DNA from: the human T2T-CHM13v2.0 reference genome, Homo sapiens
Length of the DNA: 64,000 nucleotides
Assembly: GCA_009914755.4 (NCBI GenBank)
Contig: CP086569.2
Span: 3,488,001-3,552,000, forward strand
Direction of reading: 5' to 3'
How positions within the stretch are numbered: the first letter of the stretch is position 1; each line of letters opens with the position of its first letter. The position numbers and the translations under genes were made by a program. The notes below the pieces were generated by a model that was not told where the DNA came from, made no database searches, and was given only the letters and a program-made list of their open reading frames with translations. Of the stretch, positions 37,533 through 49,374 are shown one piece after another.

Positions 37533-40500
37533 TCACGCCTTTTCAGAAGTTTTTCACATGGACATCCATTTCTTCCATCAGCATATGTAAAAAAGAATTT
37601 GAATTCTCAATATCATTGATTTGGGTCACATTATAGTAATATTGAAACTTTTTATTCTGTTTCCTTGATCCATTTGCCTATTCTTATGCCCAAAAATACT
37701 GTTCTTATTATTGCAGTATCATGGTAATCATTAAAATCAGACCGTGTAATTCCATCAAATTTGGCTTTTTTAAAGATTGTTTTGACAATAACAGATCCTT
37801 AAAATAAACTGTTAATTTCTAATAATATTTTGGAAAAAGTTGCTTTAGATCTATAATTCAATTTAGGAAGAATTGATGTTTTAACATATTGAATCTTCCA
37901 ACACATAAACACAATAAATCTTCATATTTGTTCAGTTCTTTTAAAAATGTACTTTTAGGAATATTCTATAGTTTTCAGTGTGAATGTGCTGCAAATATCT
38001 GATTAAATTTATTCATAAATATTTGATTTTTATTACTTTATAAAAGATATTTTTCAATATCACTTCTGTTTCTTATATTCTCATTATAATTTTTATATGT
38101 ATGTTTTATCATGTGATCTTGCTAAACTCACCTATAAGTACTTTTAGTTGTTTTTTAGCTTTCTTTTTGATTTCTATAAAAACAATAATGCCATCTGCAA
38201 ACAGACAGTTTTTTTTTTTCAGTTTTTATGCCTTTTTTTCCTTTTACAACATGGACAAGACCTCCAGTACAATGTTGATCAAAAGTGGTAAGATTCAATA
38301 TCATGCCTTGTGTTCAATTTTCAGGGAAAATGTTCAACATGTCACCATTGAGTGTAATATTAGTTGTAGGAAATTCAAATACACCCATTATCAGATTAAG
38401 TGTGTTTCTTTTTGCTCCTTGTGTGCTGAGAGATTTTATAATAAATATATATTACATTATTTAAATTATTTTCCTACATGTAAATTATCATTTGATTTTA
38501 AACATTTATTTTATTAATATGGTGAATAAAATTGATATTTTAAAGTTACATAACTCTTGAATTCCTGGGCAAACTCCCACATATTGATGGATATAATTGC
38601 CTTTTATTTGTTTTCCTTTATCTATATTTGAGGAATACTGGACTATATATTTATAAAATAGACTTTATTTCCTGACAAAGTTTTAGGATCCCAGCCACAG
38701 TGAGTGGAAGTTACAGAAATTTCCCACATAACCCATGCCCTATGTATGCACAGCCTCCACCCCTATCAAAATTCCAAACCAGAGTGGTACATTTGTTACA
38801 TCAATAAACCTGCATTGTCAAACCATTATCACCCAAAGGCCTAGGGTTCACTCATGGTACAAATTCATGGTTTTCATACCTTTCTGCCTTTTCTTTTTGC
38901 AACCTATTTTTGGAAATTCTTTAGGTGGACTAAAACATTTTTTTTCTTAAACAAAACAAAACATGTGCTTAGCACCTATGTTTGTTTCTTTTCTTAAAAT
39001 TTATTATCATATTTAATTCAACCTATTTCTCTTTCCTCTTTGCCATCTTCAGCCTATTGTGCATTGCATTACCCAATCCCTTTGGCCTTTAGGGGTACCA
39101 GAAATTACTTTGCATTGTGAAAAACTTGACCTTGGTATGTGTAATGGCTAAGAAAAAAATACACTTTTAGAGGTCGCTGATGGCAGTTGCTTAAAGTAAA
39201 TGGTTACTACTGCAGGGAGCTACTTGTTTTCTTTTGTGCTTGGATTAAAAAAAAAAGCATGGTTTTGGACACCTAGATGCTATATAAACACTCCCCACTG
39301 GGGGATAAGATGCCCATGGAGGATGGGCTGATCACAGAATAGGCTAATTGGCATTGGGTTGCCCACTAGCCTCTGAGTATGTATTTTTAGTAAAATACAC
39401 TGTGAAAGCATTGTGTGGCCCAGTCCTCATGGTAGAGTTACTATTGGCAAATTCATACAGTCTGCAGCAAACTCGATCCTTGCCTCTTTGGAGGAAAGAA
39501 TTCAGCCAAGGAGCAGAAGTAGGTTTAAGGTAGAGTGAGCGACCAAGGCAAATTTTGTAGCAGGAGTGAGAGTGTATTAAAAAGTTTTAGAGCAGGAATG
39601 ATAGGAAGCAAAGTACACTTCGAAGAGGGACAAGAGGGTGACTTTGGAGATCCAAGTGCCTTGCTTAGCCCTGGATTTAGAGTTTTATACATTGGCATTG
39701 ATCTATGGTTTGCATTTCTCTCCTTTCAATTTTTTCATTGGGTCAGTCTGTCCATATACACAGTGGTCTGCCAGCACTTGTGAGGGCTTATATACACAAT
39801 GTGTTTACTGAAGTTGTGCACAACCTCCTTTGAGGCATTTTTTTCCTTACCAGTTGAGCATTTCCAGGGGAATTTCATATACTGGTTAAACTCTGCCATT
39901 TTGCCTCTTAGTGCACATGCTTAAGCCTGCTCATCCAACTCCTAAGATCTTATTGGGAAGCTACTGATCACCAGCTTCAGGTTTTTTTCTATCTATTGGG
40001 AGACTGTCTTTCCATGGCACTGGCTGTGACTAATTATCACTTTAGAGAGGCAGTTTAACAAGCACTTGACTATCACGTGATTCACCTGATGGTCGCCTGA
40101 CATTCTTGGCAGCAGGGTGCTCTTCTGCTCTCCTGTCCTGCTATTGTCTGCTAAATTATCGACTGTAACATTTCCCTGCTCAAGTCTAAGACCCAATTCT
40201 TTGGGATAATGAATGAAGGTCCATCTTCTGTAACTGCTTCCTGCTGACAGGGAGGCTGTGGTGGTTGTTCTGTGGGTCTTGGCCTCTTGCTAGCTGTCAG
40301 GGCAGGGTAGCTCTGTAAGTTGATGAAAGTGTTATCCAGCCAGGTCTAAGGGTGACAGAAGCATGATTTCACTTCTGTTCTGTTCTACTGATGGGCATCT
40401 AGGGATGCTCTGTAGAGGGTGACTCTCAAATGTTGAGGGTATGGTATCCCTTACTAAGGATCATCTGTAGCTTGATGGCCTGAAGACAAGAGGAGACAAA

Positions 40501-41610
40501 CTGGGTTAGTAGATTTAGAAGACACGAACCAAAAAGGAGCAAAAGTAGGAGACTAACAAGTGATATTAAAAAGGGAGGAACCCGGAAGAACCATTTTTAG
40601 GTTCTTTCACAATTTAGCCCTGAGTGGTTTGTTCCCGTAAATGGGAGTCTCAATTTATAAGTTGCCTGATATCTTGTATTTTTTTGATTGATTTACCCAA
40701 AGCAACATTTTTTATCTAAGGGTAAGGCTAAACAAATTCCTTGCTGCACTGTTATTAACATACCTAGTCCTCAGCTGCTTTGGAGTACTATGGATACTAA
40801 AGAGTCTATTTGTTCTTGTACAGCTGTTAAGGTTTTACCCATAGCACCAATATTGTTGGCTATATCTTTTTAAAGTTGGCTATATAGGTCAAAGAGGCTT
40901 GTGTGACTGTGGCAATTCCAGTGCCTGTACCAGTTGTAATGTCAAGTCCCACAGGAAGGGGAATTAATTGGTCAGTCCTCCTGACCCTGGGCAAGATGGA
41001 ATGCCCACAGATTGGTACTAGAAGAGAGAGATTGCCAAGGGCTATGAAGGTGTCCTGGGATACATAGCTTATGGTACAAGTTCCAGTCTAGTTAGTGGGG
41101 AGACATTAATGAAATGATTGGCCACAAATATAGAAAGGAAGGCTCCTCCGGTTTTAAGCCAAGTAGAGATGTCAAAATGAAATAAGGGAGTGAGGACAGC
41201 TCCATAAAATCCCAAGGTTGCTGACATCACCAGGTAGCTAGTGGCTAGCTATGCTTGCTAAGACTTGGATGCATGGAGTTTGGCTCTGACTAGTTTCCTT
41301 GGTTTTATTCTCCCCACTTCCCCCACCCGCCCCCCCCAAAAAAGTATTTTGAGTTAGGTCCGTAGAACATATTCTGTGGTAGAGCTGAGGTTGGCAGTTT
41401 GCAGACATTGGGTATAATCAGCAGGCTGTACCAGAAAGTTTGAGTACTGCATGGGCTTTGGCATTCCTGGAAAAAGTGGGTGAATTTGTCAGAAAATTTC
41501 CCTGAGAAAAAGTAATATTTGGAGGTTTGGGGAATCTTGATTATTGGCAGAATTGGTTGTGAGGGTATGTTTGGTAAGTCTGTTGTTTAAAGTCTACAGT
41601 AAAAGTAACA

Positions 41611-41904
41611 TTACGCATGGTATTTGGAAGAGCATCTACATCTGTTCCATTTTTCTCTTTTTTTCCCATTTTTTCTCTTGGCCATAACACACATAAGAGC
41701 TATCCTCATTAAGGCAATATTAGTAAATATGCATCCAAAAATGGGAGGCTTCTTGAGGATATCAGGAATATCTTGCATTATTTTTGTAAGAAGGCTATTT
41801 GCAGAGCCAATCATTCCTTTCAGATTAGGGTCCCATTGATAGGAAATATGTAATTCTGCCTCTATGTTTGTCCAGTCTCTGGGTGAGGCTGGATAAGTTC
41901 TCAC
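41611..41904 (-). pseudogene. Possible env transmembrane-subunit remnant of the ERV
   Basis: The track ORF sits between the IN end (about 42525) and the 3' LTR. It contains a hydrophobic stretch (IFGCIFTNIALMRIALMCVMA) followed by basic residues (KRKNGKKREK), resembling a membrane anchor plus cytoplasmic tail. No clear immunosuppressive-domain motif was recognised. Confidence 0.3.
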
Positions 41905-42524
41905 TGGTATTTCAGTTGAAGAGCTAGTACATAGCCAGCAATTAGTGGAGCAAGGGAATCCTGTGCTTTGGATTGCTGAGCTTTTTTCAATAATGGGAAA
42001 TCAGGATGATAGTGCACTATTAGTAAAGGGATGAAAATAAGAACAAGCAGGTGTGGGCCCATGGTGATCTAAGGTGGGATAAATTGGTCACAAAGAAAGC
42101 TGCCACTGGAACTCTTGATGGTGTACAAGTTACAGTTAGGGTAAAATAGTGATAACAATCACAGCAATTGTGAACAAAATTCCTAATATTGGGATCACCT
42201 TATTTTGAGGTGAAAGGATGTTGGTGGGATTACTTATCTTTTTGTTTAAAAAGTAATTTCAGATCTTCCAGTGACTCACAAGTCTATTCTGGAGCTGAGG
42301 TTTCTAGTTCTGGCTCTGGTGTTTTGGGGATTTTTCATGACTTCACTTGAGTGTGATGTATATAGCTGGCAATCTCTGGTACTTTAATGGCTGTGGGGGT
42401 AGATAATAGAATAGTGAGAGAGCCCTTCCAGACTGGAGTTAGTTGGGAATTTTAGGTTCCATCCTTCTAAGCTTTAATGGTATCTGGTGAGCTTGGAGGA
42501 TATAGAAGTGGATATTTTTTCCCT

Positions 42525-42922
42525 TCAAATTTTGGGTTTGTTTGTAACCCATATTCCCAGAGAGCCTTTTGGAAGCTTGCTAAAGAAGAGGCATACCTGG
42601 GTGATTGTGGCAATTTCTTCACCTAGTAAGAAGTCAAAATATAGGAATGTCCTTTCATATGAGGCCTCAAAGGGGCTTAATTGCAAGGGAGCCTTAGGGG
42701 CAACACAGATCTGAGGAGGGCTAAGGATAAGAGGTACTGCCATGGCTGTGCAGTTTCCTGATAGAGTATATAGAGGATGCATTTGAAGGTTTGGTTAGTT
42801 CTTTCCACTTTTCCTGTAGATTGTGGCCTCCAGGCAGAGTGAAGGTACCACTTTATTCCTGGGGCACTACTAACTTGTTGAGCCACTTGGGAAATGAAGG
42901 AAGGACCACCGTTGCTCTGCAA
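42525..42922 (-). pseudogene. ERV pol: integrase core and C-terminal region, frameshifted
   Basis: The track ORF 42677-42922 has ...LHSAWRPQSTGKVERTNQTFK...WQYLLSLALLRSVLPL (compare MLV IN [26 protein letters not shown]...WVLLLPLALYRARNTP). The overlapping frame 42525-42782 has ...LQLSPFEASYERTF (compare MLV GLTPYEILYGAPP). Confidence 0.8.
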
Positions 42923-43653
42923 TAACCTGGGGAGCCTGAACTGGGAAATAAGTTCCTTTAGGAAAAATTTAGTAATCTTTTGTGCCTTGGTAGTCCTTGT
43001 GGGGCAGGTTTCTACCCATCCTAATGTAGGTGTCTACACAGACCAAGAGGTACTTATACTGCAGTGTGCAGGGAGCTGAGTGAAATTCATCTACCAGTCT
43101 GCCCAGGGTAGGCACTTCTCATTTGGACTGGACTTATTAATGGAGTGGGCTTCCCTCTCTGGGGATTATTTATGGTGCACAAGGTGCTTGACAAACCGTT
43201 GAATAGTTTTCTTTAGTCCCTTCCCACTGAACACCCCTTTACAAATTTTCCCTAGACTGTGTTTTCCAAAGTGGCCAAGTCTTGATGAATTTCCATTCAG
43301 AGGGTTTAGGTAGATGGAGAAGTTCTCCCAACCTGTACCATCCATTAATTTTCTTTTAGATACCCATGTTGTGTGGCCAAATCTATTTTTCTCCTTAGTG
43401 TATTAGAGAGTGGGAAGTTCATTGGGGAGTGAAGGGAGTAAGGCCCCCATGAGGGTATCTTTTGAGATAGCTACCTCTTTAGCTTTTTGGTCTACTGAAC
43501 TATTTCCCTGTGCAGTTTCATTAGAGCTTTTCTGGTGTCCTTTGTGGTGTACTACTGCCACCTCCTGTGGCAGATGAAGAGCCTCTAGTGGCTCTAAGAT
43601 TTGAGGCCTGTACTTAATAGAAGTATTCAGAGCTGTTAGGTATCCCTTTCCTC

Positions 43654-44031
43654 CTAGATAGCCTCATGGGTGTAAAGCACCAGATAGGTATATTTGGAAC
43701 CTGTGTAGATTCTCTTTCTTTCCCCTAGTTTTAGGGCTCTGATCAACATGATAAGTTTGGCTAGATGTGCTGAGGTCCCTGGGGAAAGAGCTTTAGCCTC
43801 TGTGACTTGGTGAAGGCACAGTATAGTGTACCCTGTATGTCTAGTTCCATTTCTGACAAAGCTATTCCCATCTGAAAACCATATTTCATACAGATTATCT
43901 ATTGGCTGATATTTTAAGTCTTCATGGCTGGCATAAACTTGGTTAAGTGTCTCACAACACAAATGTGTTGACTTATTGTCTCCTGGTAGTAAGGAGTAAG
44001 GAGGCTGGGTGAAGGGTGGAATACTACTCAA
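43654..44031 (-). pseudogene. ERV pol: RNase H domain
   Basis: The track ORF has ...IWFSDGNSFVRNGTRHTGYTIL...EAKALSPGTSAHLAKLIMLIRALKLGERKRIYTGSKYTYLVLYTHEAI (compare MLV [21 protein letters not shown]...[47 protein letters not shown]). Confidence 0.85.
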
Positions 44032-44095
44032 CTGTTACCTGTGAGTTTTTTAACAACAAGACTTGGCACTTCAGCAATCTGTTGTCAGTGAGCCA

Positions 44096-44278
44096 TCATG
44101 ACCCTTTTATGTCTAATAAGGTGCCTATTTGGTAGGAACTCAGGAGCCAAACTGACTGTCCCATGGTGAGTTTGAGGACTTCCTCAAGTAGAGGGCTGCT
44201 GCAGCCACTACTTTGAAGCAATGTGGCCAACCTTATGCTACTACGTCTAGGTTCTTTGAAAAGTAACCAACAGGACAT
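44096..44278 (-). pseudogene. ERV pol: RT connection (tether) region
   Basis: The track ORF has ...LKLTMGQSVWLL... matching the MLV RT connection motif KLTMGQPLVI. Confidence 0.6.
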
Positions 44279-44483
44279 TGTATTGGCCTGATGGTTTAAA
44301 TTAGAACCCCTTGAGTTAAACCTTGTTTTTCAGTGACAAAAGCCTAGTTTGGCTAGTATGGGTGGCCCATGGGCTGGGACATGTGACAGGGCAGTTTTTA
44401 GCTACCTAAAGGCTTGCTCCTGATCCTTTTCCCAGATAAGTGGGTCCCTATTAGACCCTTCTTTTAGATCCTGATTAAAGGAT

Positions 44484-44885
44484 TTAGCAATACCACCATA
44501 CCCCAGTATTCAAAGCCTGCAAATCCTGTGATCCCCAGAAAGGCACAAAGTTGCTTTCAGGTGATTGGGATAGGTATTCTAAGGATGACCTGTATTTATT
44601 CTGGGAGAGCTTACATACTTTGGGGGTCAAGACTATCCCCAGGTTTTGGACATCTTGTCTTAGAAGCTGTGCCTTGGCCTTGGACACCTTGTACCCTCTG
44701 TCTGTGAGGAAATTTAGTGTCTGGACTAGATGTTGGATTCCCAACTCTCTTGTTGGGGAGCAGATTAACAGGTCTTCTACATACTGTAGGAGATGCCCTC
44801 CCCACTCAAGCATTAGATCCTGCAAAGCTCTAGTCAAGGCTTGCCCAAACAAATGGGAACTATCTCTAAAACCTTGTGAAAGCAC
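44484..44885 (-). pseudogene. ERV pol: reverse-transcriptase polymerase domain, with the catalytic box as YVEDLL
   Basis: The track ORF has MLSQGFRDSSHLFGQALTRALQDL...LLQYVEDLLICSPTRELGIQHLVQTLNFLTDRGYKVSKAKAQLLRQDVQNLGIVLTPK (compare MLV [23 protein letters not shown]...[55 protein letters not shown]). Confidence 0.9.
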
Positions 44886-45288
44886 TGTCCAGGTGAGCTA
44901 TTGACTCCTTCCTTTTTTATTTGTCCACTAAAATGCAAATAGAGTTTGGAAGAATGAGTCTAGGGGATACAAAAGAAAGTGTCTTTGAGGTCTAAGACTG
45001 AAAACCACTAAGCATCTGGAGGTACTTCTACAATTACTTAAGGGTTGGGGACCACTGGGTTTGTTGAGACTACCGCTTCATTTATAATTTGCAGATCCTG
45101 GACTAGCTTGTTTTCTCTCTTGCTCATTTTAACAGGTAAGATGGAAGTATTACAGTGTGAGTTACAGGGTATTAATAATCCATGTTTTAGAACTTTTTCA
45201 ATAAGGGGCTGAAGTCCCTCTTTGGCCTCTGTCTGAAGAGGAAGCTGACTTCTACAAGGGTAACTAGAAGGATTCTTGAGCTGAATTA

Positions 45289-45540
45289 CTACATTATGAT
45301 CTTTTCTTGTATTCCTGAGGCCCCAACCTCTGGATTAATGGGAAGCTCCGTGGGTAGTTCATCTTTGTGTGTGGTTTCCTTGAGACATAAGATTGCATTT
45401 GAAAAAGGGGGTGTTGGCTCTGGAGGAAAGGTTAATGGAGCCCCTAGTCTGAACAAAATATCTCTGTTTAAAAGGAGCATAAGACATTCTGGCATCACTA
45501 AAAACAAATGAGAAAAGACAGTTTTCCCCCATGGCAGCAC
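45289..45540 (-). pseudogene. ERV pro: C-terminal part of aspartic protease and the PR-RT junction
   Basis: The track ORF has ...VFSHLFLVMPECLMLLLNRDILFRLGAPLTF (compare MLV [32 protein letters not shown]). Confidence 0.8.
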
Positions 45541-45976
45541 AGAGAACGAATAAACCTCTGGGTTATGGAAACCCCATTTACCCCCATCACCTGGCAGGAT
45601 TTGGAGGATAATTGCCTGGGAAAATAGGTAAGCTTATTGTCCTTCCTGCCACATTCAAAGAGCCCTTGGCTCCATTCCTTCAATAGTGATGTTCAATCCA
45701 GGAGCCAACTGGAGTGTAGGAAGGACCCCTTCAGCTCAAAGCCATGAGGGGTTGCAATTCTGTCCTGGGCACCCTTCAGTCCTCAGGAAAGTCTCATTTC
45801 CAGTGGCTGAGCTTGTGATAGAGGGGACAAGCCATGCAGTTTATCCCACTGAGGAAGTTGGCCCTCCAGTGGGCTGGCTTCCGGCATTGATGGCAGTTAC
45901 CTGGAAGGATATTCTGAAGGCAACATGGAGGAGGCTGGCGGACTTGCAAGGCAGCCATCAGTTGGAGCTGCCACTT

Positions 45977-46261
45977 TTACTTTTGCCTCTCCCTTTCCTG
46001 AGAAAGTTCCTTTTCCTCCTGGTCCCAGTTGTAAAAGACAGAGAAAGCTATTTTGAGGATGTCAGGCATATGGGTGTTGGGTACTTGTCTTGGGAGTTTC
46101 CTCTGAATATCTGGAGCTTCCTGAGTTAGAAAATTGTTCTTTTGTACTAGTTGCCCTTCTGGTGGCTCTGGATCTAGGTTTGTATGTTTCATTAGGGCTC
46201 TTTGTAGCCTCTCTGGGAAAGCAGTGAGGTTTTCAAGAGGGTCTTGATCTATTAAGGACAA
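45977..46261 (-). pseudogene. ERV gag: capsid C-terminal region
   Basis: The track ORF has ...ENLTAFPERLQRALMKHTNLDPEPPEGQ...FLTQEAPDIQRKL...ILKIAFSVFYNWDQEEKELSQERERQK (compare MLV [30 protein letters not shown]...FIWQSAPDIGRKLERLEDL...[23 protein letters not shown]). Confidence 0.8.
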
Positions 46262-49087
46262 TTTGCTTTAATTCACAGGCTTTCTTCTGCTAGCCTTCAT
46301 TCCCTCTATCAGACAGAGGAATAGTGGTTCTTTGTCCACATACTCCCATGGGTATTGTAATCCTAGTTGGCATCGACCTGGGGAACTGCAGTGATTCCCA
46401 CAGGGTAGCCACCAGGGTCAGTCATTTGCATCGTGTTTGCAAATTGCTGGGCTGCCTCCATAATGGAGTCACATTCTGCCTCTAGACAGAGGTTGCCCTA
46501 GTATGACTAATAGGTCCCTGCAGGTGAGTTCAAATGTTAATTCCAGTTTATGGAACGCTTTGATGTGTTTCTCAGAGTCCTCTATAAATCTCCCTTGTCC
46601 CATTTTAATTTGGCTCAGGTCCTGCATAGTGAATGGAGTCTGAACTCTAGTGGATCCACTGGGGCTGCAACCCTCCTGAAATGAGCATAACTTAAGGGAG
46701 TGGTGGCCAGAGGATAACCTTGGGTAGGGAGGGGAAGCCTCCAGGACTAGGAGACTTGGATATAATGCAGTAAAAGGGTCAGTGGCGTTTGAGCTAAGCT
46801 TTACACTTAGGTTTTATGGGGCTTGAACCCTGTGCAAACCCAATAAGGGGTCTCCCAAACCAATTGGAGGGGGCTCTCTGACTATGGCTGCTATCATCAC
46901 TGGATTTATTTTACAAACCTGATAAAGGTCAGGACAATTTCCTAGGGTCATGAAGGCCTGTATATAAGGAATATCTATTTTCCATGGGGTGGCAAAACAA
47001 ATCTAGTTGATGGACTGTATTAAAATTGTCCATTTTCCAGCTATGATTCCTGGTACCAGAGCTTGTATTCAACCCAGGCTATGTTACAGAAAAATATTAG
47101 CCTTTTCCTCTTTAGGGCTTGGTGGTCAAACTTTTCTCAGTTCTTTAGGATGCAACCAAGGGACGTGTCCTGTAGTACAGACACATGATTACCCATCTGC
47201 GAAGAGAGAACAGAGGAGAAAAAAGAAAAAGAAATCATTCCCTCTTATTCTTCTACTATCTTTCCTGAACAAGGTGTCCCTCATTCATCCTGGGGGTTCC
47301 AGAATGAACTGGTCTCACTGGATACCCTTAAGCTTGGTCCCCTCTTGTCTTATGGAGGTGCAATTACCTACTTGAGAACAGAAAATATACCAGTGTGAAC
47401 ACGGGGCCCCCTATTCATCCTTGGGGTTCTGGAATGAACTGGACTTTTGCGGTACACCTAACCTTGCCTTCATCTTTGTTCTATGGTAATCTGTTTTGTG
47501 CCTGTAGCCCGGGATCAGCCTTCATCTACTTCATCTATGTCCTATGGGTACTTTGGTCTTTTGTGCCTGTGGCCTTGGGTCACCCTGTATTACTTGTCTG
47601 TATGACCTTATAATGACTCTCGTTTGGAGCATTCGGGAACAAAATGATTATCTCTTTTCTCATATTCCCATTTCCCATGTTCCTTAAGTAGATGAGAATC
47701 ATGTTTTTCAGCTAACTGCTGCAAGGGGACTGGACTTCCCTCCCTTCGAATATAACCTTGAAGGTTCTGATGCATATTGAGAAGGGCATGGAAATAAAGG
47801 AATGGAGGAAAATTTATATTCGGGGTTCCTTTTCCTCCTGGGATAACATGCAGAACAAATGCTTAAACGGACAGGACAATCCCTCTGCTAAAGAAAGAAG
47901 CAGGAGAAAACAAGAGGGAGACTCATGGAAAGCCTTTATATGTTCAAAAAAACAGTAACCCTTGGATTAGAGAGGGCAACTTTTATTTGCCTTCTTGATG
48001 TAAAGGAGGAACCTCTGACGGACTTGGGGCTTGAGATAAGGGCTCACGAATTGCAATAAAAGCATTTTATTTCTTCTCAAAGGAGTGCTAACTAAACAAA
48101 CAAAGCAAGTTGGTGGGGTCCTTAAAAGGCCATAGAGTGAGGTCCTATACAGGTGGACGAACCACTTCACAAGAAACTGAAAATCTTAGCCTTGGAGCAC
48201 AATAGGGACAAGCAACATACAGAAAGTCATTAGAAGCTGGTAGAGCTGGGATTCTGATTAGTGTCTTTCCTGGCAAAGAGTCAACAGACAGAGGAAGGGT
48301 TGGAGGTTATCTGATCTGGTAAACAAAGTATAAATCTCAGGGTATATCTGCAATGCAGCTTGTCTCCAGGCTGCCAGGCAGATACAGCAAGAGCTATGGG
48401 TGCACAAATAACAAACAGGGAGTGTTATGTTTAAGGAAGAAAAAGAAGTCGTACAGCATGCAAAGTGAAAGCAGAGAAAAGGCAGACTTTTCCCAAGGTA
48501 GAGAGTCCAGCAGATGTACAAGGCCATTTCAGGATATAGACAGAGAAAACAGGAAAGAAGGTGATGTGCACTTTTTGGGAAACAGCTAATTTTAGTTGAA
48601 GAAGCAGAGGAAATCCCAGACATCACATGGTCTTAGTCTTTAGCCCTACCACTCTCATGAGCCTCCTGTCCAGGAGGGCCATTAGTGTCTGAGGTCTACT
48701 CAGTGCAGACTCCAAGTTCCTTCCCATCCCCATGAGCCATCTGTCAGGGTGAGCTGAGAGATCAGCCAGGGGAAGCAAAACCACTGTCACTGAGAGAAAT
48801 CATTCTAGGGGTGGGGAAGTAGTGGTTAGTAAGCAGGAGAGCAAAAAGAGAAGAAAACTGCATGTGAGTGTTGAACACCTCCAGTCCAAGAAGGTGAGGC
48901 ATAAAGGTGTCCTACCACTAGGGAACATATTCCAGTCATATGACAACAAAGTACATTATCAACAGCAAACCCATACAGGTATGCAGCAAACTTGATCTTT
49001 GCCCCTTTGGAGGAAAGAATTTAGGGGTAGAAGTAGGTTTAAGGTAGAGGGAGAGATGGAGGCAAGTTTTAGAGCAGGAGTGAGAGT

Positions 49088-49093
49088 TTATTA
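49088..49093 (-). promoter_or_regulatory. AATAAA polyadenylation signal in the R region of the ERV 5' LTR. The 3' LTR copy has the variant AATACA at the homologous position, about 39565-39570
   Basis: The plus strand reads gtgagagTTTATTaaaaag in the 5' LTR copy and gagagtgTATTaaaaag in the 3' copy. The position is consistent with R/U5 lying toward the low-coordinate end of each LTR copy. Confidence 0.5.
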
Positions 49094-49320
49094 AAAAGTT
49101 TTAGAGCAGAAATTAGAGGAAGCAAAGTACACTTGGAAGAGGGCCAAGAGGATGACTTGAGAGATCCAAGTGCCCTGATTAGCCCTGGACTTAGAGTTTT
49201 TTTACCTTGGCATGGATCTGGGGTTTGCATTTCTCCTCCCTTGATTGTTCCTTTGGAGTAGGCTGTCCACATGCACAGTGGCCTGCCAGCACTTGCAAGA
49301 GGCTGCATGCACAATATGTT

Positions 49321-49374
49321 GAGGCAGAAGAATAGCTTGAACCCGGGAGGCAGAGGTTGCAGTGATCTGAGATC
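49321..49374 (+). mobile_element. ~54-bp Alu right-arm-like fragment immediately abutting the outer (U3) edge of the ERV 5' LTR copy
   Basis: gaggcagaagaatagcttgaacccgggaggcagaggttgcagtgatctgagatc versus the Alu consensus gaggcaggagaatcgcttgaacccgggaggcggaggttgcagtgagccgagatc. The similarity stops after gagatc. Confidence 0.7.

Larger units (their letters stand above)
39420..49320 (-). mobile_element. Class I (gammaretrovirus-like) endogenous retrovirus provirus, about 9.9 kb, family not assigned. The 3' LTR copy is at about 39420-39804 and the 5' LTR copy at about 48931-49320, with at least ~385 bp shared. The internal region holds decayed gag, pro, pol and env
   Basis: Two directly repeated blocks: 39438-39804 versus 48956-49320, for example gcagcaaactcgatccttgcctctttggaggaaagaattcag... 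/ gcagcaaacttgatctttgcccctttggaggaaagaatttag...; agcaaagtacacttcgaagaggg... / agcaaagtacacttggaagaggg...; ggtctgccagcacttgtgag / ggcctgccagcacttgcaag. They are roughly 15% diverged. Between them, minus-strand translations give MLV-like gag CA, PR, RT, RNase H and IN in the correct order (see sub-features). The minus-strand AATAAA lies at 49088-49093. Confidence 0.85.

Noticed and set aside
38101-38517. 138-aa ORF rich in F/Y/I/N/K as a possible membrane protein.
   Set aside because: The composition mirrors the extremely AT-rich local DNA (runs of ttt, tat, aat). It is a low-complexity artefact, not a gene.
45686-46129. Plus-strand ORFs of 147 aa (45686-46129), 117 aa (44551-44904) and 122 aa (47007-47375) inside the ERV.
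   Set aside because: They are antisense to the retroviral gag/pol reading frames and have no recognisable motifs. They are chance open frames in a region whose sense strand is the minus strand.
48880-48935. Assigning the ERV to HERV-E on the basis of a tRNA-Glu-like primer binding site.
   Set aside because: Only ~11 of 18 positions match (AGGGAAC core), and the exact LTR/PBS boundary is uncertain within ~20 nt. This is kept as a tentative note in findings rather than a family call.
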